This document shows positions 1-13,185 of a DNA stretch of 64,000 nucleotides, one piece after another; within the stretch, counting starts at the first letter, position 1; every line of letters starts with the position of its first letter. The notes beneath the pieces were generated by a model. The model was not told the DNA's origin, did no database searches, and was given only the letters and a program-made list of their open reading frames with translations. This DNA comes from Eledone cirrhosa (Eukaryota): positions 197,222,001 to 197,286,000 of the forward strand of contig OZ024741.1 in assembly GCA_964016885.1 (NCBI GenBank), read 5' to 3'. The translations under genes were made by a program, and so were the position numbers.

Positions 1-19
1 AGCAAATCATGGAATAGAA

Positions 20-1150
20 TAGAGGATAAAGATGGTAGTAGATTCAGTCAATTTGTGGTATGACTACAAAAAATACTGGAGTGTGATGTTTGTTCACACT
101 GCTTTGAGTGGCAAATTAGCTTATAGATTTAGAAGGGCTTTAGATAACTAAAACTAAGGTAGTAGAAAAACTAGGAATTTCTATAATATCTATTATCTGC
201 AGAACTTATTCATTTAAGAAAACCCTATGTACTAACAGAAATTGTATAGTTTTTAAGGTAAGCCCACAGATACACTGTAAAACTAGAAATGTTGTATGTA
301 GTATAAGGTTTGCAGAGGGGCTGTAGAAACATGACCGCAAAATACATATGGGAAATGGCACACATAAGGGTGAAGAAGCAGTAGTAGGAACTCAAGGTCA
401 TGAAAACTTATCAGTAGTCTACCAGCATCTCAAAGAAGAACATAGTGATTCACTAGAAAACATTCTTTGCCTTTCATCCTTACGGGGTCGATAAAATAAA
501 GTACCAGTAATGCACTGGGTAATTTGCTGGCCTTGTGCCTAAAGTAGAAACAATTATATCTATGAACTGAACAGGCAGATTAAGGAAGTCAAATGTCACA
601 GAAAGTCAACCCAGCAAGAATAGAGTAGCAATAAACCCACAACCTAGTGATTGATGGCAAAAATATTATGACACATAAGAATAAATACAATGGTGTGCAC
701 AAACACATAAACCCATTCTCGATAAAATGCAGGAATAGAATAATAACTATCTAGATGTGAATGAATGCATAAACAGAGACATGCACATAAGTAAAGGTAC
801 ATGAAAACTGGTGGGAAATTTACCTGAGCATACACAAATACAAATACACCACACATGTAGATAAAACATACACATACACAAACTTGGTGAAGAAACAAGG
901 TATAAAGGCACACACAAACATGGACATACATACATGCATAAATATGCCAAAGACTGAAGCTTACAGCAGTAGCATTACATGAAGACACATACACAAATAC
1001 ACAGAAGCACACACACACATGCACATACCACATATATATACCATAGAAAGACAAGAAGCAGTAAATACATCAAAATCAAAATGAAGAGGAGACAAGAAAG
1101 AATAACTATTGTGAGGGTCACAGAATGTGTGACAAAAGAGCTTTGAGAAT
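20..1150 (+). mobile_element. Degraded 3' end of a Penelope-like element (GIY-YIG region plus 3' UTR/pLTR)
   Basis: 160-350 closely resembles 16720-16900 (gtagtagaaaaa..., ctgtaaaactagaaatgt). 1105-1146 is a decayed copy of the HHR-bearing segment seen at 20781 and 45502. Interrupted by a SINE at 465-556. Confidence 0.55.
465..556 (+). mobile_element. tRNA-derived SINE family A, 3' fragment
   Basis: gcctttcatccttacggggtcgataaaataaagtaccagtaatgcactggg...gtagaaacaatt, nearly identical to the full copy at 42133-42316. Confidence 0.85.
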
Positions 1151-2194
1151 CACACATGAGAATTGAATAACCATCTACTAAACTGAGGAATGGATTGGTT
1201 ACCTAACTAATAATAAAATTGACATGAAATGTGTGTTTATGTTGGTAGCATAGTTTTGAAATTCTCGTGAGTGAAAAATATATTTATAATGTTTTAATAT
1301 TTTGATATTTAAAATGTTTTAAGTGTCATTTAGAGTATAGTTTTTGTGAAGGCCATATTCATTCAAAACATGAAAAACAATAGGAAATACGAATTTCACG
1401 TTGAAAGTGAAACTGGTGTAATATTCACCTCTAAAGCAAAAATATTTTAACACCTCATTTACATAAAATTTTGAAGTTGGGGAAAATCGCCAAAATATTG
1501 ACCTCCCCATTCTGCCATCGACTTTTTTGACACATATTTCTTGGTTTATATATGGTATTTCTGTGAAAAGCAGCTTTGATAAAAAGTTGCTCTGATGAAA
1601 AGTAGTTCAATAGAAAGTTGTTTTAATAAATACTCATTTGATAAAAAGTCATTTTGATAAAAAAACAATTTAGATAAAATATTATTTTGACAAAATGTCA
1701 TTTAATGAAAAGTCATATCTTGGCTTCTTGTTCCAGTTAGCAGATACATCTTTTGTATATGAAAAATTGACCAATGGATGTGACAGCTTGTTGTTTTGAC
1801 TAATGTCTTAAATTACCTATAATTATCTTCACCATTGTTTGAGTTTCAGTGAATATAGAGATTGTTTTCTCACATATATACACCTTGACCCCAAGAAACA
1901 TGAGTTATTGTTTTGTTCCTAAGACACTAAGAAATATGAGCTTATGTTTTATTCTTAAGAAATATGAGGTTAGATTTTATTTTTTAGACCCTAAAACATA
2001 TGAGCTTATGTTTTATTCCTAAGTTCTTGCAGTTATTGGTTTATTCATATTTTCTGCTCACTCGTTTCTCTTATCTGAGTGTTTAAAAACAGTTTTAAAT
2101 CCAGTTTCTCATCAATTTTATATGTTTGTATGTAACATCATATGCCTATTCAGTAATATAGTTGACCTCAATCAATTTTTTTTTCTTATTTCAG

Positions 2195-2407
2195 AAGAAA
2201 GAGACATTCAAACTTTCAACTTCACCTCCTAAATCTATTAGTAATGACTGGATAGGGCCACCTGATGCGAAATCCAACTTACGCCCTACTCACTTTTATA
2301 TTCCTCCCAATGAAACAAATGTAGAGAAAGAGCTGAGGCTGAAGAGACTTGATTTACAAGTGTTTAATCATCACTTCTGGACAAGACAAAATATCACATT
2401 TTTTAAG
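2195..2407 (+). CDS. COA8: COA8/APOPT1 (cytochrome c oxidase assembly factor 8), internal coding exon
   Basis: Pyrimidine tract plus cag acceptor ending at 2194 and gtaaat donor at 2408. Encodes KKETF...DWIGPPDAKSNLRPTHFYIPPNE...FNHHFWTRQNITFFK, matching the hallmark DWIGPPD.SNLRP and FW..QN motifs of COA8/APOPT1. Confidence 0.93.
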
Positions 2408-2597
2408 GTAAATACTGCATTAAATAATATTTGTGTAGAAACAAGGAATAGATGTTATAGTTGGTATAACTGACTGTTGCTAGATGTCTTCAAAATCAAA
2501 AATACAAATGTTTTTTTCTTCTCTTTTTATGTTCTATCACAGATTTAACCTCATACAACAACAAACAATAGCTGTTCAATAACTTATATTAGACTTA

Positions 2598-3368
2598 CCA
2601 TATATACTCGAATATAGGCTGAGCCCCTATATTTTATGACTGAAAAATAGACAAAAATCCAAACCTTGTGTGGTTGGAAAAAGCTATCTCACTTACCGCT
2701 TTTCATAGGCGCCGCTATCTCCACTCATGGTAGTTTCTACTTTGGTACAAACACTGGCAATTCGTTTCGCTCTTCATGGGCGCCGCTATCTCCACTGCTG
2801 GTTACTCCTCGCCCGCCTGCGTCCAACTGCCTAACACCGGGAGATCCCCAAACTGCCGTTTACCCCGTTGCTAGGTACTGCCCAAACTCGCGTTCACCCC
2901 GTTGCTAGGCATTGCCCAAACTGGCGTTCACCCCGTTGCTAGGCACCACTAGAGAGCGCCCTCTGCTGGCCCTTTCGGTCGAGCACTCCCCCGCCTGCGG
3001 CCACCGCACGCCACACCATACCCACACCTTGTTTATAAGTCAAGGCAGGTAATCAACACATTTTGGTTAGATGGTGTGGTTTTGAAAGTCTCACGAAGTT
3101 TTAATATTTTGATATTTAAAATGTTTTAAGTGTCGCTTAACATTACATAATGATTTTTAACCCATCTTCATTCGAAACAATAGGAAATATGAATTTCACG
3201 TCGAAAGTGAAACCAGTATAGTATTCACCTCCAAAGTGAAACTATTTTAGCAATCATTTATGTAGAATTTGGAAGTTGGTGAAAATCTGTAAAATATTGC
3301 CTTTGAATATAAGCTGACCCTCATTTTAACATAATTTTCCTTTTACATATTTCTCGGTTTATATATGG
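2598..3368. mobile_element. Non-autonomous Tc1/mariner/pogo-type DNA transposon (MITE-like)
   Basis: TA|ccatatat...atatatgg|TA termini. A second partial copy lies at ~1250-1558. Internal GC-rich short tandem repeats (cccaaact...ccccgttgctagg x3). Confidence 0.6.
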
Positions 3369-3854
3369 TATGTAGTCTATCTTTCATTTACAACTTTTGT
3401 CCTTTCTTCAATGTTTATATGTATATCATTTTATCATTTCCAACTAACATATATGCTGTGTTATTTACAAACAGTTTCACATTTTCATAAATCAAATCAA
3501 ACATGGTTTGCTGTGTGTAGAACTTCTAAGTGGATATTAAATGATGATGATGATGATGATAAGTATACACAAAATCGATTCTAAAGATATCCTGTTCATT
3601 TATTAATGTAACACCTGGTGTATTTGTTATATTCAGTTATATCATGTCTATCATATACCATGTCACTAATTACTTACTGTCTTTTTGGGGACTTATTTGT
3701 TTACAATCATTTGTGAATTCAACATTTCTAATGCATACTATAACAGATTCCAATTTGTTCTTTGCTGCACATACATTACCACCTTAGATTAGATATATGG
3801 TGTTCTATAAAAGTCTGCAAAGTCACAGTCTATGCAACTATTTCTTCAGCCTTC

Positions 3855-4390
3855 CATCATCATCATCATCATCACCGTTTTACGTCCATTCTTCCATGCT
3901 AGCATGGGTTAGAGGGGTTGTCCTGTTGTGGGCAATGCCAGGTCAGGTGACCATATACTGCTCATGCCGAAGTGATTTTGGCTTGATTTCTACAGCTGGA
4001 TGCCCTTCCTAACACCAACCTCATTTACAGTGAGTACTGGGTGCTTTTTATCGTAGCGCCTACATGACCACTTTAGAGTGGTAGGGGAGTGGGGGCATAC
4101 TGTCTATATGCTTCAGTTTTGGCTTGTCCCCGTGGGATCGGGTCTTCTGTATTACTGCGTAACGCCAGAGGTCTCGGTCATGTGACATCACCTTTGAGAG
4201 TTGCAAGTAGGCAAGGTCAGCTTTCATCACCTCATCCCAGGTCTTCTTGGGTCTCCCCACTCCAAGGCTTCCATCGACTTTTAGTGCTCTGCACCTTTTT
4301 ATGCAGCTGTCATCCTTCATATGCATCACATTTCCATACCAACGCAACCTCCTCTCCTGCACACAGCATATATGCTCAAATATCAGCAAC
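3855..4390 (-). mobile_element. RTE-clade LINE 3' fragment
   Basis: ORF 4060-4389(-) with RRLRWYG...GRPKKTW, and a (GAT)n tail seen as catcatcat at ~3855. Confidence 0.85.
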
Positions 4391-5035
4391 CGTCACCCCC
4401 CCCCCCCTGCACACATATATACATATACCAAAACAAGTAGTAAAGTGAAGAGCGATTTCTTCCAGAGGGAGAGAAAGAGTAAGGATGGCCCCCAGTAAGA
4501 ATCACCCCCTTTAGCCTAACTGATACAAAATATAAACATTATAAACTTCTAGTTTCTATATATGTACTATGGTACATCATTCCTTTGATGAAGTCTGTTG
4601 GACAGGAAATATACAATACACTATAAAACTATAAACTATTATTTCACTACTTACACAATGCAGCTATTTTTATTTCTTGTGAGACTTGTGGCTTTTCTCA
4701 CAAGTACAAATATCTAAAACTCTTTTCTTGTGGACATCTTTCCACTGAGCAGAGATCTGTAACAATTTAAGACGTGTTAAACTCAGTTATCTCACAGTCT
4801 CACAGTATTGGAAAATGTCTCTTCACTTTGCAAACTATCTTAGAAATTTTGCTATGGATCTACCACAAAGAAATGTTTGGTGTACAAGACTTTGGTATAT
4901 TAATTTTCTCATGTTAAAGAAAATTGCTGAGTAATGATCCTTGCAAGCAGGGAAAAGCGGATGTAAAATGATGATGATGATGATGATGTTCAATTCTGAA
5001 TAATGGAAAAGGAACGTTTGGTTCTGACTAATAGA

Positions 5036-6071
5036 ATAATTGTTTCTACTCTTGGGACAAGGCCAGCAATTATCTCAGTGCATTACTGGTGCTTTATTTT
5101 ATCAACCGAGTAAGGATGAAAGGCAAAGTTAACCTTGGAGGGAATTGAACCCAGACCGTAACTTTATGCTACAAAGCATGGCACCTGACCCTCTACCGAT
5201 ACTGCCAATCCACAGAATAAAAGCATTCGATTTTGAATCTTAACTATAATAAAGGAGTGCAGGACTGCGTCCAGAATATTTTTTTTTACCCCGTTTGTAA
5301 AATAAGTTGGATTATTTTGAATAAATAATTGTTTCTACGTTAGGCACAAGGCCAGCAATTACCCAGTACATTACTGGTACTTTATTTTATCGACCCCGTA
5401 AGGATGAAAGGCAAAGTTAACCTCGGCGGGATTTGAACTCAGACTGTAAAGGGACGTAACTATGCTAGAAAGCATGGCGTCCAACCCTCAAAAATAATGA
5501 ATGAAAATTACATAATTTATATGCTAAATTTCGTGGCTGTTGATTAAATGTATTTTATAGCTTATTTAAAGATTCACTTCTTTAAAATTTTCAAATATCA
5601 ACACTTCCGGTTAGCAACCTTTATATTATAACACTTATAAAAATATTGCATATATTTCCGTCGCTAATTTTCTCCTAATGCAGTTTATATATAATATTGT
5701 CGTTTTTAAAATGTATCATGTATTACATTACTGATTACAGAAGACAGTGTAACATAGACTTCGTTCAATTTCTGTGTATATTGTCAATTACAATTTTATT
5801 TGATGTATCATATCTACATGCATATATATTTGTGTATAATATCAATATACACACTACACATGTTAGCAGAAAACCACCCGAGGGTGGTTTTTCTGTTAGT
5901 TCAAATAATTGTTTCTACTTTAGGCACAAGGCCAGCAAATACCCAGTTCATTACTGGTACTTTATTTTATCGACCCCGTAAGGATGAAAGGCAAAGTCAA
6001 CCTCGGCTGGATTTGAACTCAGATCGTAAAGGGACGTAACTATGCTGAAAAGCATGGCGTCCGGCCCTCTG
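5036..6071 (-). mobile_element. Three SINE family A copies (5036-5211, 5324-5490, 5905-6071)
   Basis: Reverse complement of the SINE with A box TGGCAGTATCGG and B box GTTCAAATCC. Confidence 0.85.
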
Positions 6072-6302
6072 CATTTTATAAGGGAGATAATTTGCGGTGG
6101 TAGTTATTTCCCTTGTTTTTTAACAATTTACTTGGCTGCTACTTCAGCGTGCGGTCGACTGCAGTATACATAGTCAACATTGTGTAATGATGAATATTTA
6201 AGAGGTACTCAAAACTGGGGTTCAATATTTCATAGTTGTTTGATATCTTTCTCTCTTGGAATATTGAAATGTCTTCACGACTGTATATATATTTTCTTTC
6301 AG

Positions 6303-6451
6303 AGAAAAGCTCAATTTATTCAGATGGAATTAGAAAGGAAAAAGCAGTTGGATTCTGATACAAAAAGTAAAAGCTTATCACCTGAAGAAATGTCTGTATT
6401 TTACAAACAGTTTCTTGAAGAGAATTACCAGAACAATTTGAAATATCACAG
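6303..6451 (+). CDS. COA8: COA8/APOPT1 coding exon
   Basis: tttctttcag acceptor, phase 0 matching the previous exon, and gttagt donor at 6452. Encodes RKAQFIQMELERKK...LSPEEMSVFYKQFLEENYQNNLKYH(R), matching the COA8 'EEM..FYK.FL..N' motif. Confidence 0.93.
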
Positions 6452-6655
6452 GTTAGTATTGTATTTTATTTTTATCAGATATTCATGTACTTTATAACAT
6501 CCTTGATTGATAATTGAGAGTAATTAAATAAAAGAAAAAATGTTTGAAGAATCATGTCAGATAGAAGTAGGAGGCACAGCTTATGGATTTGCACAGGTTT
6601 GAATTAGAGATAATTTGCTTTAATTGATTTCAGTGAAACAATATATATATATATA

Positions 6656-7538
6656 TCATCATCATCATTTTACGTCCGCTCTTCCCTGTTTGTAAAGGTA
6701 GGACGGGTCTTATTCAGCACAGCATCTCTCCACTTGTCATGGTCCTTCGTCATCTCCACCGTGAGCTTCAGCGATCTGAGGCCTGTTCTCACCACCTCCG
6801 CCCATGTTTTTCGTGGTCTACCTCTACCACGTCTTCCTTCAACTGGCATTTCCTGGCACTTCTTCACCCATCGGTCATCCTCCATCACATGTCCATACCA
6901 CATCAGTCTCCTCTCCCGTACACTACATTCTATCCCTCTCAGACACAGTTTTTCTCTCAACTCATTCATGCTGGGTCGTTCATGCATATTGACACTGCAC
7001 ATCCAACGGAGCATGCTTGCCTCATTTCTCTCCAGCCGTCGCATATCCTCTGCAGTTGCTGTCCATGTCTCACTACCATGCAATATCGCGCTCCTCACAC
7101 AGGCATCATATAACTGGCCTTTCGTATGCAGGGAGAAACTCTTCTTCGTCAGCAGAGGAAGCAGCTCCCTAAACTTCTTTCAACCCGTCCTTATTCTAGA
7201 TACTATGGCCTCGGAACACACCCCTCTCCCATGCTAATCTGATCTCCTAGGTACCGGAAGCTATCCACCACTTCTATAGTACCCGCCTGCATTTGAAAAA
7301 TGTGTCTATCAATGCGACTTCTATTGTCTAATTTCCCTGTACATCAACTCCATACGTATTTCTCCCTACCTGTTAGTTTGCCTGCTATCCCGCTACATCT
7401 CTTGTGTACCCAGGATCTGCATTGTGTGCATTTTATAGAATTTATGCCAGTTCCTGCATATTGAACATGACCATTTCCCTGATGGAATCAGAGTTTTGTC
7501 CTCTTTTCTACTCATCAACACTTTTGTCTTAGCTAGGT
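6656..7538 (-). mobile_element. RTE-clade LINE, 5'-truncated
   Basis: ORF 6670-7098(-) with LHGSETW...ERNEASMLRWMC...RLMWYGHV...GRPRKTW, plus a (GAT)n tail. Confidence 0.9.
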
Positions 7539-7545
7539 TATATAT

Positions 7546-8430
7546 ACTAGCAGAGATACCTGGCTTTGCCTGGGAATGAAAGTGGTCCTTATATATGAGA
7601 AGAAATCAAAACATGCAATATAGAAATTAATTATTCTAAATTCCATTTATTCTTCAATTGTTGGGAGATTCAGCATGTGTACGCTTAAAAGTAATCCTCA
7701 GGGAGATTCAGCATGTGTACGTTTAAATGTAATTGTCAGTGTATAAATATATATATGCATATATACACACATGTATAAATCAATATGTGTATATAACAGT
7801 TATTGGCAAATAGTGTTAATTAATCTTTAAAAATGTATAAGTCCCCTTATGTTGTTATCGTCTCCTTTCCTTCACTGGGACCCTATGCTCTTCCTGTTAC
7901 CCCTTTCATTCTAGGAACCACCACACCCAAATGTTTAATGGGGAATATATTGTGTGGCATGACAAGTGTGTCGATGTATTGGTGTTTGGTCATGTCTTTG
8001 TGTGAAATATTCAGCCTTGTCAAACACCTTGTCTTGCTGAATCTCAGAAATACATTTAAGGGTATTTATGGTGAATCTCCTTGAGAATTATATTTAAGTG
8101 TACAGATGCTGAATCTCCCTGAGAATTATATTTAAGCATACACATGGTGAATCTCCCTAAGATTACATTTAAGCGTACACATGCTGAATCTCCCTGAGAA
8201 TTTATGAATTTATTTATATACATGTTTATACACATGTATATATATATATATATACACAATTGTAGAAATATATATGTGTATACACATGTATAAATCAATA
8301 TGTTTATTTAACAGTTACTGGCAAATTGTATAAATTAATGTTAAAAAAGAATGTATGCGAGTAAGCTCCCTTAGATTTTTATTGGTAAATGGAAAAAAAT
8401 CGATTAAAATATAGATATAGATATTGAAGA
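7546..8430. mobile_element. Helitron/Helentron-like non-autonomous element with internal ~39-bp repeats
   Basis: Starts actagcagagatacctggctttgcctggga (DINE/HINE-type terminal hairpin). ~39-bp unit gggagattcagcatgtgtacg at 7663-7735 and inverted at 8075-8200. Confidence 0.5.
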
Positions 8431-8457
8431 TATATATATATATATATAAATATATAA

Positions 8458-8985
8458 TCATCATCATTTAACGTCCATCTTCCACGCCAGCATGGATTAG
8501 ACGGTTCTATTTGATTCGAGATTGGTCGGGAGACCGTGTCTCGCTCGTATGGAAGTGTCTCTGGCAGGTTTTCTATGGCTGGATGCCCTTCTTAACACCA
8601 ACTACTCTTACAGTGTGGACTGGGAGCCTTTTTACTGTGTCCCCTACACGACCACACACACACACATATATATATATATATACATACACACATACACATA
8701 TATATACATACAGACACATATATATATATATCATCATCATCATCATCATCAACGTTTAACGTCCGTGTTCCACGCTTGCATGGGTTTGGACGGGGGTAGT
8801 CCCACTTGAGGCAAGAGTGATTGTCTTGCTCGCATAGGACTGTCTGGCAGGTTTTCTACAGTTGGATGCCCTTCCTAACACCAACCACATTTACAGTGTG
8901 GGTCTGGGAGGTTTTTACCGTGTTGCCTACACGGCCATATTACAGCGTGGACTGTGTGTTTTTTTGTCGTGACACCTACACGATC
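8458..8985 (-). mobile_element. Two RTE-tail-type SINE/LINE 3' ends (another at ~13730-14015, + strand)
   Basis: (CAT)n, tttaacgtcc and ggatgcccttcctaacaccaacc motifs shared with 3855-4050. Confidence 0.7.
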
Positions 8986-9344
8986 TCATTTGTTTCCTTA
9001 CATGACCCGCAATGGGTTTTAGAAATAAGTTCACGTCACAGTTCATTCTTCGTAAAAAACATGCTTTGATTTTGCAGTAGGTCAAGGGAGATAACTCTAA
9101 CCGGTGTTAGAGCAGTATTCTCCAGGTGACTTTATATATAGAATATTTAAGTATCGAGAGAGAGAAGGAGAGATAGGCGATACATGTAGTTATTTGCCAA
9201 TAGCGTATGCAAAAGGTGCTCAATACTTGTGCCTGCAGTGTTAATATTAGAAGTGTTAATATCTAGTGGGCAAGAGAATAAGCAGAGCGGAAGCACGTGG
9301 AGAAGTAAATAAAGGAGAACAAACCGTTAAAACATGTTTATTTA

Positions 9345-9390
9345 AAACAGTACCTACATACGTTTCGCCCGAAAGGGCTTCTCAAGGGCA
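9345..9390 (-). ncRNA. Minimal hammerhead ribozyme, U3-A8 core variant
   Basis: Reverse complement reads TTGAGAA gccc-tttc-gggc GAAA c-gtat-g TA gg. Stem I is weak. Confidence 0.65.
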
Positions 9391-12377
9391 TAAAAAACTA
9401 AAAAGCTTTCCTTACATGACCCGCAATGGGTTTTAGAAATAAGTTCACGTCACAGTTCATTATTCGTAAAAAACATGCTTTGATTTTGCAGTAGGTCAAG
9501 GGAGATAACTCTAACCGGTGTTAGAGCAGTATTCTCCAGGTGACTTTATCCGTTATTACTTTGTGGTTACTGCTTTATCATTGTTGATACGCACAGGGTC
9601 AGGTATGCAACGTTAGTTTCCAGATGTTTGTTTGTTGTGCCTGCCCACCTGGGTCGATTCGTGCCGGGTCTGGGATGCTTGGTTAGTTTCCGGATGTTTT
9701 TGCAGCGCCTGCCCACCGGGGTGTTAAAGTTTGGTGCAGGGTGACCCGGTTTACAGTTTTCACTCCTCATTCTTATTCTATCTGGAGTAGGATATTTTTA
9801 AGCGGTGTGTACAGCTTATCATTGTTTCTGCTCTGCTGTTGATGAGTTCGTGGGGTGCCGTTATGATATGGTAAAGCTCCATGAGGCAAAGCTTGCACTT
9901 CCTCTTGAAATTGTACGGTGCTGCTCTGCCAACAATTTCCCAGTGCATGGAGAAGCTGATATTTGAGTCTTTTAATGTTGTGATGTAATTCGCGAGCGAA
10001 GTGGAGTGTCTTAGTTTCTTGTTTGCAAAAGAGTGGAGATGTGTTCGAAATCTATTTTTGAACGGGCCAGAGGTAGCCCCTATATAATGTTTAACGCTAT
10101 TATGGCTAGTTATGGTGCACCTATAAATAACCCTATCAGTCAGGCAGTTACTCCTAAGGGGGCAGCGTCCCCTGTCACGGCAGTTGCAATTTCGGTCGCT
10201 GTCCCTTCTAGTTCCCAAGGTAAGGCTATTATTATTGCTATCTATGTTGTTACCTATGTCCCTACACCTGTTATTGGTACCATTATAACCCACTGCATGC
10301 GGGGGTAGTACCATTATAATTCCGCACGCAGCAGCGTCTTCTGTTGCCGTCCGGTGACCCATGCGGGTCACCTGCACATTCCCCAGTCATGTCACGGTTA
10401 TGTTGGTTGCGTCTGTAGTGGCTGTTGCCAGCACTATTGGGTGCTGCTAGGGAGTCGTCAAGGCCGATATAGTTGTTGTCAGGTGTACGTGTATTGGTGC
10501 TAAGGTGCTGTGTTTTGGTGATCTTACTGTGATTAGTTGTTCCTATGATGTCTGCTAGGTTAGGAGTAGTAGAGAAGGATATTTTTATATTGTTCCTATT
10601 AAGGATTTTCCTATACTTATGGTTGGGTGGGAAGTTCTTCTCTAAGGCTTCGAAGAATATCCGGGGTATGTCGGAGGCCACACTCTGAGAGTAGGGAGGA
10701 TGGAACCATAGGACGTTACGGTGGCGATTCCGTGTCTTTGTATGTTTGCTAAGGGTTGTGCTATCAGGGTGACCGTTCTTATGCATGTTATTGTGCTGTA
10801 GCCCGTTACGTGTCCCTTTCGCTTTATGCTTGGGTGCACTCGTCTTCTTTCTGCTATGTTTATGTATAGGAAGACACTGGTTGGAAGGCGTTGGTAGTAG
10901 GCCTTTGCCTTTGTTGATCTTATAGTAGGGGAATAATTCAAGTAGGCTACAGTGGTCACTGTCACCGAGGTCGCGACCCTTATTGTGTGGTAAGCTACCA
11001 ATACTATCGCTAGTGTAATTAACATTGTGGCCGTGTTCCTTGGTGCTATTTTCTATACTATTATATCTGACTCTTTCAAAGCCGCCGCGCGTTCGGTTAT
11101 AAGTATGGCTTACTATACTGTTAGTCTTATGAGAGGAGTGGTTTCTGGAGCTAGGGATGTAGGAGATTCCTCGGTTAAAACCGGTGCTTATCAAGGCCTT
11201 ATTGTAGTAATCTGCCGCTTGGTTGAAGATATCCTCATTGGCGGAGAGCCTCGAGATCCGATGCGAGATGCTATAAATTATGGAGTTGAGAGTCTGCTTA
11301 GGGTGGCTGGAGGCATAATTAATATAAGAAAGGCTCTCTCCAGGCTTATGGTATGGCTTGTATAGGCCCGTACTCAACTCCAGGGTCACGTCCAGGAAGT
11401 TGACCATAGTTACGGATAGGCTGTATGACTTGAAGAACCTGTGTATGTGCTTGTTAAGGTTCTCTATTCTACGGGGGCTATGGTTCCTAACGGTAAACAG
11501 GGCGTCGTCTCTATATACACCTCCTTGTAGGGCTGGTATCTCATCCCTAAGCTTATGGAGGAGGTATATTCTGACCAGGTCGGTTGCTTGCGCTGAGTCG
11601 CTGGACCCTTCGTGATATCAAAGTTATCAGGACGGTTGGTTCGGGTCCAGTGGGAGCCTTCGAACTGGATGATAGTTCTATGCACCGCTAGAACGATATC
11701 TATCTCTTTTTTAGTGAGGCTAGTGTTAGATTTAGCTAATATGAGTGCCTTATTTAAGAGTATGGGGGAGATAGAGGCGTAGTAACTATCTATGTCAAAC
11801 TGGATGAACTTCAGGGTCGCTTTATCCGGCAACACGGTGAACCAATCAATAACCTGGTTGGTGTTGCTCCAGAGGCAGACCTTAGCTTTTCTATTAAGCT
11901 CCAGTAGGATCACTTTACTAATCTTACCTATATCAGATGTAGAGGGACATATTAAAGTTACATTTGTGATCCTTAAGAGAGAATCTAGGCGTCAGAGGGA
12001 CATATGGGTTTGTGTACTTATCTATTTCTAAGCTAGTAACTATATCCTTCCCTACTCTATTTATGTCATTTAAGGTACTAATGGGTCTCTTTTTGTAGTC
12101 TTTGTGTAGTTCTTTATAAATGAATTGTTTATACTTGCTCAGCTTCTTGGTTTTGTCAGAGGTGACGAAGAGGTGTGGGTCATTCTTGATCTTGGTGATG
12201 AGTGTATCCAGGGATGTTAAGAATGGATTACTGCATCAGTGTTTCTTTTTGAACTTAATGTTTCTGATCATTTTCAGCAGGTCCTCCTCAAAGGAGTTTA
12301 GCAAGGTGTTGTGTGGTAGGTTTCAGTATGTTTTGAAGCCATACCTCTCTTTAGGTTCAGGAAGGTTACGGGTGTTC

Positions 12378-12420
12378 TTATCTTGAGAAGCCCTTTCGAG
12401 CGAAACGTACGTAGTTGCTG
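12378..12420 (+). ncRNA. Minimal hammerhead motif in the inverted pLTR (stem I truncated)
   Basis: TTGAGAA gccc-tttc-gagc GAAA c-gtac-g TA, with a palindromic GTAC loop III and one stem II mismatch. Confidence 0.55.
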
Positions 12421-12499
12421 TTTTAAATAAACATGTTTTAACGGTTTGTTCTCCTTTATTTACTTCTCCACGTGCTTCCACTCTGCTTATTCTCTCGCC

Positions 12500-12537
<38 letters not shown>

Positions 12538-12801
12538 AAGGTATATATTGAGTTAGAAACTCAAAATAGTCTCTTACAATAAAATAGCTCAAGGAAAGAG
12601 ATTTTTCCAAGCCGTATATTATAATTGAATATAAAAGAGAGATAAACATAGATATATACATATATGTGTGTTCAAATCATAAGGGACAGATTCGCTAAGG
12701 TGAAAAAAATACTAAGTATGGACAATAGGGTTTGCCAGACTCAATTTAAGAATAAATCAAGAAAATAAATACAAACTGGAATTGTGGTAACTACCAATCA
12801 C

Positions 12802-12876
12802 CCAGACAGCGTTTGGCGATGCTGTTTTGCAATCCAATTGTGAAGAGAATTACCAATTCTTATTGCTCATCAGTGG
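12802..12876 (-). ncRNA. Type I hammerhead ribozyme, probably inactivated (G12A)
   Basis: Reverse complement reads cca CTGATGA gcaat...attgc aAAA cagc...gctg TC tgg. Confidence 0.75.
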
Positions 12877-13185
12877 TTGAAACATTAGTAAACTCCCCAC
12901 TTCTAAGTATATCAGAAAACTGAATAGTGTGCGTATATGAAATAACGCACATGGTATCAGAACCTAGCGTGTCTCACAAACTCATACCACTAAAAATAGC
13001 AGCCAAGTCTACTCAACATTTAAATTAGCTCAACAAATTAACGGAGCTGAATATATTAAAGGTATTTATTGAGTTAGAAACTAAAAATAGTCTCTTATAA
13101 TAAAATAGCTCAAGGAAAGAGATTTTTCCGAGCCGTATATTATAATTGAATATAAAAGAGAGATAAACACAGATATATACATATA

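Larger units (their letters stand above)
8994..12503 (-). mobile_element. Penelope-like retroelement (RT plus C-terminal GIY-YIG), frameshifted, with tandem 3' pLTR and inverted 5' pLTR
   Basis: RT motifs FIQFDIDSYYASI (11464-11913) and GGVYRDD (~11500-11525), then VNFLDVTLEL. GIY-YIG motifs CPL..NCL..VIY..YIG..RF..H..CKLCLME (9778-10377). Direct repeat 8994-9134/9407-9549 and inverted repeat 9265-9386/12382-12503. Confidence 0.92.

Noticed and set aside
12680-12720. HHR-like ttcgctaaggtgaaa (also at ~13545)
   Set aside because: The CUGANGA core and stem III are not recognisable.
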